Source: a virus
Lineage: Duplodnaviria > Caudoviricetes
Reading direction: 5' to 3' (one strand)
IMG/VR virus record: IMGVR_UViG_3300042311_001046
Span: 1-53,986 of that record
DNA: 53,986 bases
In this document: positions 19,348 through 29,503 of the stretch, in pieces
How positions within the stretch are numbered: the first letter of the stretch is position 1
Layout: each line of letters begins with the position of its first letter
Notes under the pieces: model-generated
The model's database searches: none
The model's input: the letters and a program-made list of their open reading frames with translations, nothing else
What the model was told of the DNA's origin: nothing
Translations under genes and position numbers: made by a program

Positions 19348-20091
19348 ATGAAAATACAATCATTTGTTTTTGTACACGACCAAGAAATTATTTTGGAATA
19401 TCTAAAAGTTAATAAATTTTCAGAGTTACCAAATTTAAAGTATGTTTTTTTAGGAAAAAATCCAACAGACAAAGTTGAAATTTTAGAAAATGTTATCATT
19501 GCAAGAAATTTACCTCAAAATATTGAGGAATATCCTCTTTTTACCTCTTTTACTGGTTGGTATTGTTTATGGAAAAATAATTTAATTGACTGTGATATTA
19601 TAAATCTATTTGAATATGATATTGTAATTAATAATAATTTTACGGAAATACTAAAAAATTTATTGATTGATTATGATTTTATTGGGTATTTACCTTATAC
19701 GATGAGTATGAACTATATACAAGAGGTCCGTTGGATTGAGAATATAGTACCCTCGATTGAAAAAAATTATAACGTCAACATTATAGACATTGTTAATGAG
19801 CAGCTTAAAAAAGATGGTAATTCCGTGTGGTCGTCTACTAGTAATAGTACATTTACCATATCAACATTTATGGAATACATGAATTGGTTTGAAAAACTTA
19901 TTGATGATTTAAAAAGTTCTACTTTTTGTGGTCACTCTCACGAAAGGTCAATAAGTTTTTTTCATCTGATAAATAATAAAAAAATTTACTACTTATCAGG
20001 GTTTATACGACACTATCAGCTAGATTCTCACGGTACACAATCAATAAACGCAGACATGAAATTTTTTATAAAAGAACTTACAAAAAAATGA
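19348..20091 (+). CDS. Putative glycosyltransferase, paralogue of the C-terminal domain of the upstream gene
   Basis: Shared YVFLG, IIAxNLPxNIExYP, TGWYxLWKNN, NLFEYD, GHxHERSI and SHGTQ. Confidence 0.65.
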   Translation: MKIQSFVFVHDQEIILEYLKVNKFSELPNLKYVFLGKNPTDKVEILENVIIARNLPQNIEEYPLFTSFTGWYCLWKNNLIDCDIINLFEYDIVINNNFTEILKNLLIDYDFIGYLPYTMSMNYIQEVRWIENIVPSIEKNYNVNIIDIVNEQLKKDGNSVWSSTSNSTFTISTFMEYMNWFEKLIDDLKSSTFCGHSHERSISFFHLINNKKIYYLSGFIRHYQLDSHGTQSINADMKFFIKELTKK

Positions 20092-20918
20092 AAAAAATTC
20101 TTTTTTTTAATGATTGGCATAATGGGGATATACATATGTCAAGAGAATATGTAAAGGACTTGATTAACATATTCCAACCTTCGGAGAGTCATTATTTTCA
20201 TGTTAATAATTCAAATATTTTATTTGATTTATCTAATATAACACATACTAATGTTAAAAATGGAGATTATGATTTAATAATTAATACTTGGATAGGACAG
20301 TATTGGCACGTAAATAATAATTTTAACGGATGTAATTTTCCAAGTTATTATAATGTAATGAAAGAACTATATACTAAACTATCTATTTTTGATAATCTAA
20401 AAGGTATAGAAAATTACATACCATCAATTGACTACACAAAATTTAATTTAAAAAGTTTTAACGAAGATAAATTAAAAAATAAAAAAAATGTTCTTTTTTG
20501 TAACAATTTTGTTAATTCTAGACAATCTGAAAATTTTAGTTTTAGTGAAATAATTAATAATTTAGGTGAAAAATTTAAAGATATAAATTTTATAATAACA
20601 AATTATGAATCAGGAATTATTATTAAAGAAAATGTTTTTTATACTACTGATATAATTACAGGTTTTAATAATTTTGATTTGAATGAAATTTCTTATTTGT
20701 CAACTAAATGTGACGTTATCATTGGTAGGTCGTCGGGTCCTTATAGTTTTTCTATAGTAAAAGAAAATATTTTAAATAGTAAAAAAAAGTTTGTATGTTT
20801 CACTAACGTAATTAATGATGCATGGTTTTTGGGAGATATTGTTGATTTAACTTGGAGTAATAATTATTCTCACTCATCGATGATTAATTTAATAATAAAC
20901 GTTCTAGAAAAAATATAA
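20088..20918 (+). CDS. Putative GT-B (GT9-like) glycosyltransferase
   Basis: N-terminal HNGD and C-terminal CDVIIGRSSGP resemble GT9 motifs; lies within the cluster. Confidence 0.5.
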   Translation: MKKILFFNDWHNGDIHMSREYVKDLINIFQPSESHYFHVNNSNILFDLSNITHTNVKNGDYDLIINTWIGQYWHVNNNFNGCNFPSYYNVMKELYTKLSIFDNLKGIENYIPSIDYTKFNLKSFNEDKLKNKKNVLFCNNFVNSRQSENFSFSEIINNLGEKFKDINFIITNYESGIIIKENVFYTTDIITGFNNFDLNEISYLSTKCDVIIGRSSGPYSFSIVKENILNSKKKFVCFTNVINDAWFLGDIVDLTWSNNYSHSSMINLIINVLEKI

Positions 20919-21844
20919 TGAAAAAAGTTTTAATCACTGGCATAATGGGTCAAGATGGAACAATATTAAATGAAATACTAAAAAACGAATACGAAGTACA
21001 TGGTGTTTGTCGAATTGATTCTGAAGAAATAAAATTAGAAAATTTTAAAAAAAAGTATTGTAAAAATTTACATTTAATAGATTTATCTAAAAAAAATGAG
21101 GTTGGGGAGATAATAAAAAAAATTGACCCTGAAATAATAATTAATTTTGCCGGTGAAACAAATGTTATTAACCCATGGGAAAACGTAAGAGAAACTTTTG
21201 AACAAAATTTTTTTATAGTCTCAAATATTTTAGAGGAGATTAAAAAAATAAACACAGATATTTTTTTCTTTCAGTCATCTTCGTCACTAATGTACGCTAG
21301 GTCCAATGAGATAAAAATAGATGAAAATTCTAATTTCTCACCAATGTATCCATACGGTATATCAAAATTGTCATCTCACCTTTTGGTAAATGAATATCGA
21401 AAAAAATTTAATATTAAGTGTTCATCAGGTATTTTTTTTAATCACGAATCACCATATAGAAATGAAAAATTTTTAAGTAAAAAAGTTTCTAATTTTGTTA
21501 AAAAAATTCTTTTGGGAGAAGACTTGAAAATAAATCTTAATAATTTAAATATATATAGGGACATAAGTCATGCTGAAGATTTTATGAAAGGGGTTAAAAT
21601 TATTGTAGAAAATAAAGTTAATGAAGATTTTATTTTTTCAAGCGGAGAGTTAATTTCTATGAAAAAATTTGTTAATTTATTTTTTGAAATGTTTAATTTA
21701 AATTTTGAAGATTACTTAATTTACAGTGAAGAAAATAATGAAACTTATAAAATTTATGGTGATAATTCTAAACTAAAATCATTAGGTTGGAATCCTGAAT
21801 TTAGAATTGAAGACTTAGTCAGACAAATGGTAGAAATAAGTTAA
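20918..21844 (+). CDS. GMD-family extended SDR; possibly an NDP-4-keto-sugar reductase
   Basis: ITGIMGQDG, YGISK, FNHESP and RD motifs; SSSSLMY where GMD has SSSEMF. Confidence 0.8.
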   Translation: MKKVLITGIMGQDGTILNEILKNEYEVHGVCRIDSEEIKLENFKKKYCKNLHLIDLSKKNEVGEIIKKIDPEIIINFAGETNVINPWENVRETFEQNFFIVSNILEEIKKINTDIFFFQSSSSLMYARSNEIKIDENSNFSPMYPYGISKLSSHLLVNEYRKKFNIKCSSGIFFNHESPYRNEKFLSKKVSNFVKKILLGEDLKINLNNLNIYRDISHAEDFMKGVKIIVENKVNEDFIFSSGELISMKKFVNLFFEMFNLNFEDYLIYSEENNETYKIYGDNSKLKSLGWNPEFRIEDLVRQMVEIS

Positions 21845-21918
21845 TATATTATTTAAAAATAAACTATTTTACTTATTATTTTAAATAATAAACTATTTTA
21901 TTTAAAATTTTAGCACAA

Positions 21919-22548
21919 ATGACAGAACAAAGATTTTTTGGTCAATTTAGCCCGCCGGTTGATTTTCACATAAGAGAGTATTTTAAAAATGAAGAAGAAG
22001 GAGTCTGCATCGAAATAGGCGCTGTAGATGGACATTATTTAAGTAATACTCTTCATTTTGAATTGAGTGGGTGGGATTGCTTATGTATTGAACCTATACC
22101 ACAATATTTTGAAAAATTAAAACAAACTAGAAAAAAATGTCTAAACTATGCAATATCAAGTGATGAAAAAGACAAAGTTAAATTTAATTTAATTACAATA
22201 GGTCACAATTTATCTTCTATAAGTGGATTAGACTTAGATTATAGACTAATTGAAACTCATAAAAAATTGGGGTTGAATCCGATTATAGGAGAAATTGAGG
22301 TTCAATCTAAAAGGTTGGATTGGTGTATAGAAAACTATTTTAACCATGAAAAAATTGATTTTATATCTATCGATACTGAGGGCAGTGAGCTCGATGTTTT
22401 GAAAAGCTTTGACGTAAACAAATACAATATTAGATTATTGGTAATTGAGAATAATTACAATGACAGTGATATTGAAAATTACTTAAACAACTTAGGTTGG
22501 ATAAAAGATAAAAGAATTGAAGTTAACGATTTTTATATTAAAAAATAA
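21919..22548 (+). CDS. FkbM-family methyltransferase
   Basis: IEIGAVDG, CIEP, IDFISIDTEGSELDVL. Confidence 0.85.
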   Translation: MTEQRFFGQFSPPVDFHIREYFKNEEEGVCIEIGAVDGHYLSNTLHFELSGWDCLCIEPIPQYFEKLKQTRKKCLNYAISSDEKDKVKFNLITIGHNLSSISGLDLDYRLIETHKKLGLNPIIGEIEVQSKRLDWCIENYFNHEKIDFISIDTEGSELDVLKSFDVNKYNIRLLVIENNYNDSDIENYLNNLGWIKDKRIEVNDFYIKK

Positions 22549-22552
22549 CATT

Positions 22553-23767
22553 ATGCAGGAATTATTTAGTTTGGGTAATCTATATGTTTCAGATTTTATA
22601 GAAAAAAACTCAAAAAAAGAAAAGGAAAAGTTTGAACTAAAGATGATGCTAGACGAAAGTACGGGTGTTGTTCGTTTAGAAAAGTCGGCTCCCCTACATT
22701 CAATGTATGGTAAATACTGGTATCGTTCAGGTATTAATAATACAATGAAAATGGAATTAAAAGATATTGTAGAATCAGTACAAAATGTTTTTAAACTTAA
22801 AGAAAATGACGTGTGGGTTGACATTGCCTGTAATGACGGCACATTACTAAGTTACGTTCCAAAAAATTTGATTAGAATTGGTGTAGACCCCGCTGACGAT
22901 TCTTTTGTAAACGAATCAATTAATCATTCTAATCTCATAATACAAGATTATTTTACTTATGATGGATATGAGAAAAGTAAATTTGGTAGTCTTAAAGCAA
23001 AAGTAATTACATCAATAGCAATGTTCTATGATTTGGAAAATCCTGAAAATTTTGTTAATGATATATACAAAACTTTAGATGATAATGGTCTTTGGGTTTT
23101 GCAACTATCATATACTCCTTTAATGTTAAAACAACTGGCCTTTGATAATATCTGTCACGAACACATTTATTATTATTCATTATTTAACCTAAAAAAAATG
23201 TTTGATAAATGTGGATTTGATGTTGTTGATGTACAGTTAAATGACATTAATGGGGGTTCATTTAGAGTTTATTGTATGAAAAAAAATGCGGATAAAACTA
23301 AATTTTCTACCCAACCAAACAGAGATGTATGTGATTTTAGAATAAATTCACTTTTAGAGTATGAAAAAAAGTTAAATTTAGATAAAACAGAGACTTGGGT
23401 TGATTTTTACAATCAAATTAATGAATTAAAAGAAAAAACTGTTAATTTTATTAAAACAGAAAAAGAAAAAGGAAAGAAAATTTGGGCTTACGGAGCATCA
23501 ACTAAAGGTAATACTCTCTTACAGTATTTTAATTTAGATAATACTTTAATTGACGGAATTGCGGAAAGAAGTATATATAAATTTGGATTAAAAACTATAG
23601 GTACTAATATACCAATATATTCAGAAGATGAAATGAGAAAAGAAAATCCTGATTATTTGTTAGTTTTACCTTGGCATTTTATAAATGAGTTTGTAGAGAG
23701 AGAGTCTGAATATTTAAAAAACGGAGGTAAATTTATAGTACCTTGTCCAAAATTTCAAATAATATAA
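22553..23767 (+). CDS. NDP-hexose C3-methyltransferase family protein
   Basis: YWYRSG, DIACNDGTLL, FDNICHEH, NGGSFR, YGASTKGNTLL and PDYLLVLPWHF. Start moved from TTG 22517 to ATG 22553. Confidence 0.9.
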   Translation: MQELFSLGNLYVSDFIEKNSKKEKEKFELKMMLDESTGVVRLEKSAPLHSMYGKYWYRSGINNTMKMELKDIVESVQNVFKLKENDVWVDIACNDGTLLSYVPKNLIRIGVDPADDSFVNESINHSNLIIQDYFTYDGYEKSKFGSLKAKVITSIAMFYDLENPENFVNDIYKTLDDNGLWVLQLSYTPLMLKQLAFDNICHEHIYYYSLFNLKKMFDKCGFDVVDVQLNDINGGSFRVYCMKKNADKTKFSTQPNRDVCDFRINSLLEYEKKLNLDKTETWVDFYNQINELKEKTVNFIKTEKEKGKKIWAYGASTKGNTLLQYFNLDNTLIDGIAERSIYKFGLKTIGTNIPIYSEDEMRKENPDYLLVLPWHFINEFVERESEYLKNGGKFIVPCPKFQII

Positions 23768-23791
23768 AATTAAAAATTAAAAATTATAATA

Positions 23792-24391
23792 ATGTATAAC
23801 GCTGAATTTAATACTGACAAATATATCAGAGAAACTTTTTTTTCTGATTTTGATTATAAAGGCACCATGATTGAGGTTGGCGCTGGTCCCACTACTTTTT
23901 TTAGTATGTCTAAACATTTTAGAGATACTGGATGGAGGTGTATATGTATCGACCCTAATCCTAAATTTGTGGAGGCACATAAAAAAATAGGTAATGAAAT
24001 TTACCAATTAGCATGTTCAAATTTTGAAGGGACAAATAATTTTAAAATTGTCTCCACTGGTTGGCCTGAAGAAAATGACGGAATAAGTTATTCTTCATTA
24101 GAAATAAAATACGACATGCCAAACCATCCTTTCCAAGAAATTACTGTCAATGTAACCAAATTAGATACTCTTTTGGAGAGTTTAAATGTAAATAAAATAG
24201 ATTTTGTTTCTATAGACGTTGAAGGTTGGGAATTGGAGGTAATGCAAGGGTTTTCTCCTGAAAAATACACTCCAAAAGTAATTTTATTAGAGAATTATAC
24301 TCACAAAAATGAATACATAGAATATATGGATTCTATTGGATATACTTTAAAAGAAAAAATTAAATATAATTATATTTTTGAAAAAAGATAA
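23792..24391 (+). CDS. FkbM-family methyltransferase
   Basis: IEVGAG, CIDPNP, IDFVSIDVEGWELEVM. Confidence 0.85.
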   Translation: MYNAEFNTDKYIRETFFSDFDYKGTMIEVGAGPTTFFSMSKHFRDTGWRCICIDPNPKFVEAHKKIGNEIYQLACSNFEGTNNFKIVSTGWPEENDGISYSSLEIKYDMPNHPFQEITVNVTKLDTLLESLNVNKIDFVSIDVEGWELEVMQGFSPEKYTPKVILLENYTHKNEYIEYMDSIGYTLKEKIKYNYIFEKR

Positions 24392-24394
24392 AAA

Positions 24395-24646
24395 ATGGAG
24401 ACATTAGGTAATTTAATCGACAAACTAACTATTGTGAATCTTAGGATATGGATGGCCGAGGATATAAAAAGAGACCCTGAAGCCTCCGACTCTAAAATTG
24501 CAAATGCTACAAAATTAACAAACATTGCCAATTCACAAAGAAATGATTTAATTCAAGAAATTGATGAATTGATAAATAATATTGTTATATCTGAAAAACC
24601 TCAAAAATTATACAAACAGGGTGACACTAAAATGTACGGAAAATGA
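24395..24646 (+). CDS. Small helical protein, DUF4254-like
   Basis: ETLGNLIDKLTIVNLRIW and QRNDLIQEID motifs. Confidence 0.6.
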   Translation: METLGNLIDKLTIVNLRIWMAEDIKRDPEASDSKIANATKLTNIANSQRNDLIQEIDELINNIVISEKPQKLYKQGDTKMYGK

Positions 24647-25626
24647 AAAAATGTTTAATTACCGGTATAAATGGTCAAGACGGTTCTTATTTATCAGAAT
24701 TTTTATTAGAAAAAGGATACGAAGTTCATGGTATTTTAAAAAGAAATTCTGTATCTGAAAACCAAACATATAGACTAAATAATATTTACGATAAAATAAA
24801 TTTGCATTACGGAGACTTAACAGATATGTCATCTTTGATTTCTGTAATACAAAAAGTTATGCCAGATGAAATTTATAATTTAGCGGCACAATCACACGTT
24901 AGAATTTCATTTGACCAACCAATATACACCGCAAATGTAACTGGATTAGGTACTTTAAATCTGTTAGAGGCGGTAAAATTAATAAAACCAAATACTAAAA
25001 TATATCAAGCATCTTCATCAGAAATGTTTGGTAATTCTATCGATTTAGATGGGTTTCAGAGAGAAACTACTCCAATGAATCCTGTTTCACCATACGGATG
25101 TGCTAAAGTTTTTAGTTACAATATTTGTCGTAATTATAGAAATTCTTACGGTATGTTTATCTCAAATGGTATTTTGTTTAATCATGAGTCTCCAAGAAGA
25201 GGAACAAATTTTGTTACAAATAAAGTTTGTAAAGAAGCGGTTAAAATAAAATTAGGTTTATCTAATGAATTAAAATTAGGTAATCTAGATGCAACTCGAG
25301 ATTGGGGTCACGCTAAAGATTATGTAAAAGCCATGTGGGAAATTTTACAATTAGATGAACCAGACGATTTTGTTTGTTCAACAGGAGTTTCCCATTCTGT
25401 AAGAGAACTTGTAAATTATGTTTTTACTAGATTAGGATTACATTGGTCTGAGTATGTTAAACAAGATGAAAAATTTTTGAGACCTGAAGAATTACACGAC
25501 TTAAAAGGTGATAGTACAAAATTAGTTAACACAACTGGATGGTCACACGATTACACCTTTGAAACTATGCTAGATGAGATGATTGACTATTGGAAATTTT
25601 ATTATTCAAATAGTAAAAATATTTAA
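24643..25626 (+). CDS. gmd: GDP-mannose 4,6-dehydratase
   Basis: ITGINGQDGSYL, NLAAQSHV, QASSSEMFG, SPYGCAK, LFNHESPRRG, RDWGHAKDYV. Confidence 0.95.
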   Translation: MKKCLITGINGQDGSYLSEFLLEKGYEVHGILKRNSVSENQTYRLNNIYDKINLHYGDLTDMSSLISVIQKVMPDEIYNLAAQSHVRISFDQPIYTANVTGLGTLNLLEAVKLIKPNTKIYQASSSEMFGNSIDLDGFQRETTPMNPVSPYGCAKVFSYNICRNYRNSYGMFISNGILFNHESPRRGTNFVTNKVCKEAVKIKLGLSNELKLGNLDATRDWGHAKDYVKAMWEILQLDEPDDFVCSTGVSHSVRELVNYVFTRLGLHWSEYVKQDEKFLRPEELHDLKGDSTKLVNTTGWSHDYTFETMLDEMIDYWKFYYSNSKNI

Positions 25627-25638
25627 GTTATTTAACAG

Positions 25639-26028
25639 ATGATGAAATTAGTTGATTGCACTGAAGAACATTGGGAATTTGTCAGAAAGTTAAGGACAGA
25701 CAAAAACAATTCAATATGGTTTTATACCCAGATTGAAATTACCCCAAGTCAACAAAAAATTTTTATGGAAAATAATTCTTATAAATATAAAATTTGTTTG
25801 CTTGATGAAAAACCAGTCGGGTACATTGGAATCATGGATAACAATGAAATTACATATTGTGTTGACAATTTTTATAAGAACAGAGGAATTGGCACATTTA
25901 TGGTTTCTAAATTTATTGAGAAATATGATGAGGTTAATGCATTCGTGATTCCTAGTAATAATTCAAGTATCAGAGTTTTTGAAAAACTTGGATTTGAGAA
26001 ACACATATTTTTTAAGTATAAAAAATGA
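25639..26028 (+). CDS. GNAT N-acetyltransferase (PseH/RimJ-like)
   Basis: Acetyl-CoA-binding motif YKNRGIGT; N..SIRVFEKLGF. Confidence 0.8.
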   Translation: MMKLVDCTEEHWEFVRKLRTDKNNSIWFYTQIEITPSQQKIFMENNSYKYKICLLDEKPVGYIGIMDNNEITYCVDNFYKNRGIGTFMVSKFIEKYDEVNAFVIPSNNSSIRVFEKLGFEKHIFFKYKK

Positions 26029-26771
26029 AATTATTAAAATTTGAAATAATTTTACTTTATTATAAAAGACCTGAGATTGTAAAAAATTCTTTAGACTCAA
26101 TTAAAAAATCTAGTTACAATAATTGGCATTTGACATTTATAGATGACTCAGGAGATAATTCATTTGAAAAAAATTTAGATGAATTTGGTTTTGATAAATC
26201 TAAAATAACTTATGTGCCGATAATGATGTCTGATGATGAAAAAATAAAATTGCAAGGTTCCCTTAATGGGAAATATATGAACGATGCAATTTACCTCACA
26301 GATGCTGACATCATCATACCGATTTGTGACGATGATGCGTTAGTTAGTGATTATATGGAAAAATTAAACGAATATTATAACAAAAATGATTCAGTAGTGT
26401 GGTCATATTGTTATTTAAATTTTTATGACCCATATAGAGAAAGTTACTTAGAGTCTAAATCTGAATCTGAAAATCCGGCGCTTAACTACCCTTATTTAAA
26501 TGACCACAAAAGTCCTTTAAATCCTTATATGTGCAAAGATTTTTCCCAAGTTACTTTCAGAAAAAATGCATTAGTAGAAAAAGAAATAAAATACTTGTAC
26601 CCAAAAAACCACGATTTGGACGCCGCAATTTTTAACGATTTTTTTGAAGTGTGGGGACCGTGTCACTTTAATGGGCTCAGAGGTCAACACAAGGGATGGC
26701 ATGAAGAACAATTAGGAGTAAGAATAAGAACTGGCAGAGGACATTTTTTTTCTCCACAAAAATACCTATAA
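26025..26771 (+). CDS. Glycosyltransferase family 2
   Basis: YKRPE..SLDSI, FIDDSG and ICDDD (DxD) motifs. Confidence 0.8.
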   Translation: MKLLKFEIILLYYKRPEIVKNSLDSIKKSSYNNWHLTFIDDSGDNSFEKNLDEFGFDKSKITYVPIMMSDDEKIKLQGSLNGKYMNDAIYLTDADIIIPICDDDALVSDYMEKLNEYYNKNDSVVWSYCYLNFYDPYRESYLESKSESENPALNYPYLNDHKSPLNPYMCKDFSQVTFRKNALVEKEIKYLYPKNHDLDAAIFNDFFEVWGPCHFNGLRGQHKGWHEEQLGVRIRTGRGHFFSPQKYL

Positions 26772-26784
26772 TTAACTAAAAAAT

Positions 26785-27516
26785 ATGACAAGAAGAAAAA
26801 CACAAAATAAAGATATTCTTTCAGAGAATATTGAATATAGACAAAAGATTTCAAAAAAAGACCAAATTTGTAACATAATTAAAAAAACAAAGGACAAATT
26901 TTTAACTCAAGGTCAAAGAAAATATTATGACACACTTAGACATAATCAAATAACCATTTGTTCAGGACCCGCAGGTGTTGGTAAAAGTTATATAGCCATG
27001 AAAGCGGCTGTTGATTTATTATCTGACCCTGATAGTTCTTATGAAAAAATAGTAATAGTTAGACCAGCTGTTGAGGCTGAGGAAAAACTTGGTTCTCTTC
27101 CAGGTAATATGGAAGAAAAACTTGACCCATATATTTTCCCTTCTTATTACCTTTTAAATAAAATAATCGGTAAAGAAGCGAGAGAAAAACTTAAGCAAAT
27201 GGAAGTTGTTGAAGTGTTTGCCTTGGCATATATGAGAGGTATGAACATTGACAATACTATTTTAATTTTTGAAGAAGCCCAAAACGCAACTCCAAAGCAA
27301 ATGAAACTTTTGTTAACAAGAATTGGCACAAATTCTAAATTCTTTATTTCAGGTGACTTAGAACAAACCGATAGATACAAAAATATCAAAGATTCAGGTT
27401 TGTATGACGCAATTGAGAGACTAAAAAATGTTTCTGAAATAGGAATTCACGAATTTGGAGAAGAAGATATCGTAAGGAACGCTATTATCGGAGACATTTT
27501 AAAACGTTACGAATAA
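26785..27516 (+). CDS. phoH: PhoH-family ATPase
   Basis: GPAGVGKS, RPAVEA, LGSLPG, AYMRG, EEAQN, LTRIG, SGDLEQTD. Confidence 0.95.
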   Translation: MTRRKTQNKDILSENIEYRQKISKKDQICNIIKKTKDKFLTQGQRKYYDTLRHNQITICSGPAGVGKSYIAMKAAVDLLSDPDSSYEKIVIVRPAVEAEEKLGSLPGNMEEKLDPYIFPSYYLLNKIIGKEAREKLKQMEVVEVFALAYMRGMNIDNTILIFEEAQNATPKQMKLLLTRIGTNSKFFISGDLEQTDRYKNIKDSGLYDAIERLKNVSEIGIHEFGEEDIVRNAIIGDILKRYE

Positions 27517-28184
27517 TGAAAATTGCAATTGAAATAAATGGAGTCCTAAGGGACACTATTGAAAAATTCAAGCAGGTATATGAAAAACATATGATTGATG
27601 AAGATTTAGATGAATCTTATGTTTTACCAACTACTTTTAATATAGATGAATCAGGTAATACTGAGTATAATGAAGTCGAAAGAAAATTTGAATACAGAAT
27701 TTTGGGAGAAGTGACAAGCTTGGATTTATCTGAACATTTTTCATTTAGGTCAAAGGAAGACTATTTTTCTTTTATGTACGAAGAATTTCCTATGAATATA
27801 TTTGGGCATGCTCCTTCTACTGAAATGACAACCTTTAATGATTTAAATGATTTCTATAATGAATTTAGGGATGAACACGAAATTACCATCATATCTGATG
27901 AAATGGGTAAAAGTAAGCCAGCCTCACTCTTTTTCTTATCTAAATTTGGATGTTTAGTCGAGAATATCATTTTCTATAATTCAGTAACAAAGGATAAAGT
28001 ATTATCTTCTTTTGATTTAATAGTTACTTCTAACCCTGAATTAATTATTAATTATTCTAATAAAGTATCTGTGATTAAATACAATACTTCATATAATAAA
28101 CAAGTTGATGCAAAAAATTCAATTTCAAGATTGAGGGAACTTGCAGACACAATAAAATCAATTGCTAATGTTGAAATTATTTAA
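27516..28184 (+). CDS. HAD-fold 5'(3')-nucleotidase-like protein, probably catalytically degenerate
   Basis: IAIEINGVLRD in place of the usual IAIDxDGVLxD; C-terminal YN motif. Confidence 0.55.
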   Translation: MKIAIEINGVLRDTIEKFKQVYEKHMIDEDLDESYVLPTTFNIDESGNTEYNEVERKFEYRILGEVTSLDLSEHFSFRSKEDYFSFMYEEFPMNIFGHAPSTEMTTFNDLNDFYNEFRDEHEITIISDEMGKSKPASLFFLSKFGCLVENIIFYNSVTKDKVLSSFDLIVTSNPELIINYSNKVSVIKYNTSYNKQVDAKNSISRLRELADTIKSIANVEII

Positions 28185-28434
28185 CGAAAACTATTTTATT
28201 GATATTAATGAGATAGAAAAATTTGTTAATCTTGAAATTGTTGAGATGTCAGGAGGCACAAGTGAACAACAAATAAAGTATGTAAAGTACGAAATGGTGA
28301 AAATAATGATGGAGGTTTTGATGACTGAAAGAGAGGACGCTGACGAAATGTTAGGTAACAAATCAGCAGTTTCAATACCATTTAAACTAGCATTTAACAC
28401 ACTACTAAACGAAAATATATTAAAACAATACTAA
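28168..28434 (+). CDS. Hypothetical protein
   Basis: 88-aa ORF from ATG 28168, within the operon. Confidence 0.7.
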   Translation: MLKLFNENYFIDINEIEKFVNLEIVEMSGGTSEQQIKYVKYEMVKIMMEVLMTEREDADEMLGNKSAVSIPFKLAFNTLLNENILKQY

Positions 28435-28437
28435 TTT

Positions 28438-29502
28438 ATGAACGAATTAATTAAAAAATTAGAACAATCAATCGAAAACCTCAAAGAAAAAAAATCAAGG
28501 GTTTTCTTCTTCGTACAAGATACGAAAGGAAATGCAAGAGCATCTATTAGATATACCTATCAAATGGCAATGTCTCTGAAAAATTCAGGTTATGATGCCA
28601 TTATTTTACATGAAAAACCTGATTACTTTGGTGTACAGGATTGGCTTGGTGGAGACTATATGGAAAAACTTCAACACATTTCTGTTGAGGGACAAAATTT
28701 GGAGGTAGCTCCTGAGGATACAATTGTTGTTCCTGAGTTATACGGATATGTAATGTCCCAACTTGCTAATTTGCCATGTGCTAAAATTGTTTTATGCCAA
28801 TCATATGATTACATTTTTGAAACATTACAGCCAGGTCAAACGTGGAGTCAGTTTGGGTTTACAAAGTGTATTACAACATCTGAAAAGATGAAAGAATATA
28901 TCTCCCAAGTAATGAGAGGAACGTCAATTGATGTTATTGAACCAAACATTTCTAAAAATTTCAGTCCATCTAAATTTCCACCAAAACCAATGATTGCAAT
29001 TCATTCAAGAGAACAAAGAGATGCTATTAATCTAATCAAATCTTTTTATGTAAAATACCCTCAATACAGATGGATAGCATTTAGAGACATGAGAGGAGTT
29101 TCTGAAAATGAATTTGCAGCTAATTTAAGAGATTGTATGTTATCAGTTTGGATGGATGAGAAAAGTTCATTTGGAACTTATCCTATCGAATCCATGGCGA
29201 GTGGAGTTCCTGTTATGTCAAAAGCTCCCAATTTAATTCCTGAGTGGATTACCGCTGAAAATGGACTATGGATTGACGATACTATGAAACTTCAAGACTA
29301 CATTGCTGAATTTGTTCAAAATTGGCTTGAGGATAATATCTCTGAAAATCTTTACAGGACGGGAATTGAAACCGCTGAAAAATATTCTAATAATAACAAA
29401 TTTACAGAAAACGTTGTAACTAAGTTTGAAGGGTATAACACAGTAAGATTAGATTTATTTCAAGAAGAATATAATAAACACGTAGAAACACAAAACGCAT
29501 AA
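28438..29502 (+). CDS. Glycosyltransferase, GT-B fold
   Basis: IVVPE, SSFGTYPIESMASGVPV motif. Confidence 0.8.
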   Translation: MNELIKKLEQSIENLKEKKSRVFFFVQDTKGNARASIRYTYQMAMSLKNSGYDAIILHEKPDYFGVQDWLGGDYMEKLQHISVEGQNLEVAPEDTIVVPELYGYVMSQLANLPCAKIVLCQSYDYIFETLQPGQTWSQFGFTKCITTSEKMKEYISQVMRGTSIDVIEPNISKNFSPSKFPPKPMIAIHSREQRDAINLIKSFYVKYPQYRWIAFRDMRGVSENEFAANLRDCMLSVWMDEKSSFGTYPIESMASGVPVMSKAPNLIPEWITAENGLWIDDTMKLQDYIAEFVQNWLEDNISENLYRTGIETAEKYSNNNKFTENVVTKFEGYNTVRLDLFQEEYNKHVETQNA

Positions 29503-29503
29503 T

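Noticed and set aside
25639-26028. GNAT as evidence for a full pseudaminic or amino-sugar pathway
   Set aside because: No aminotransferase or synthase is present in the window.
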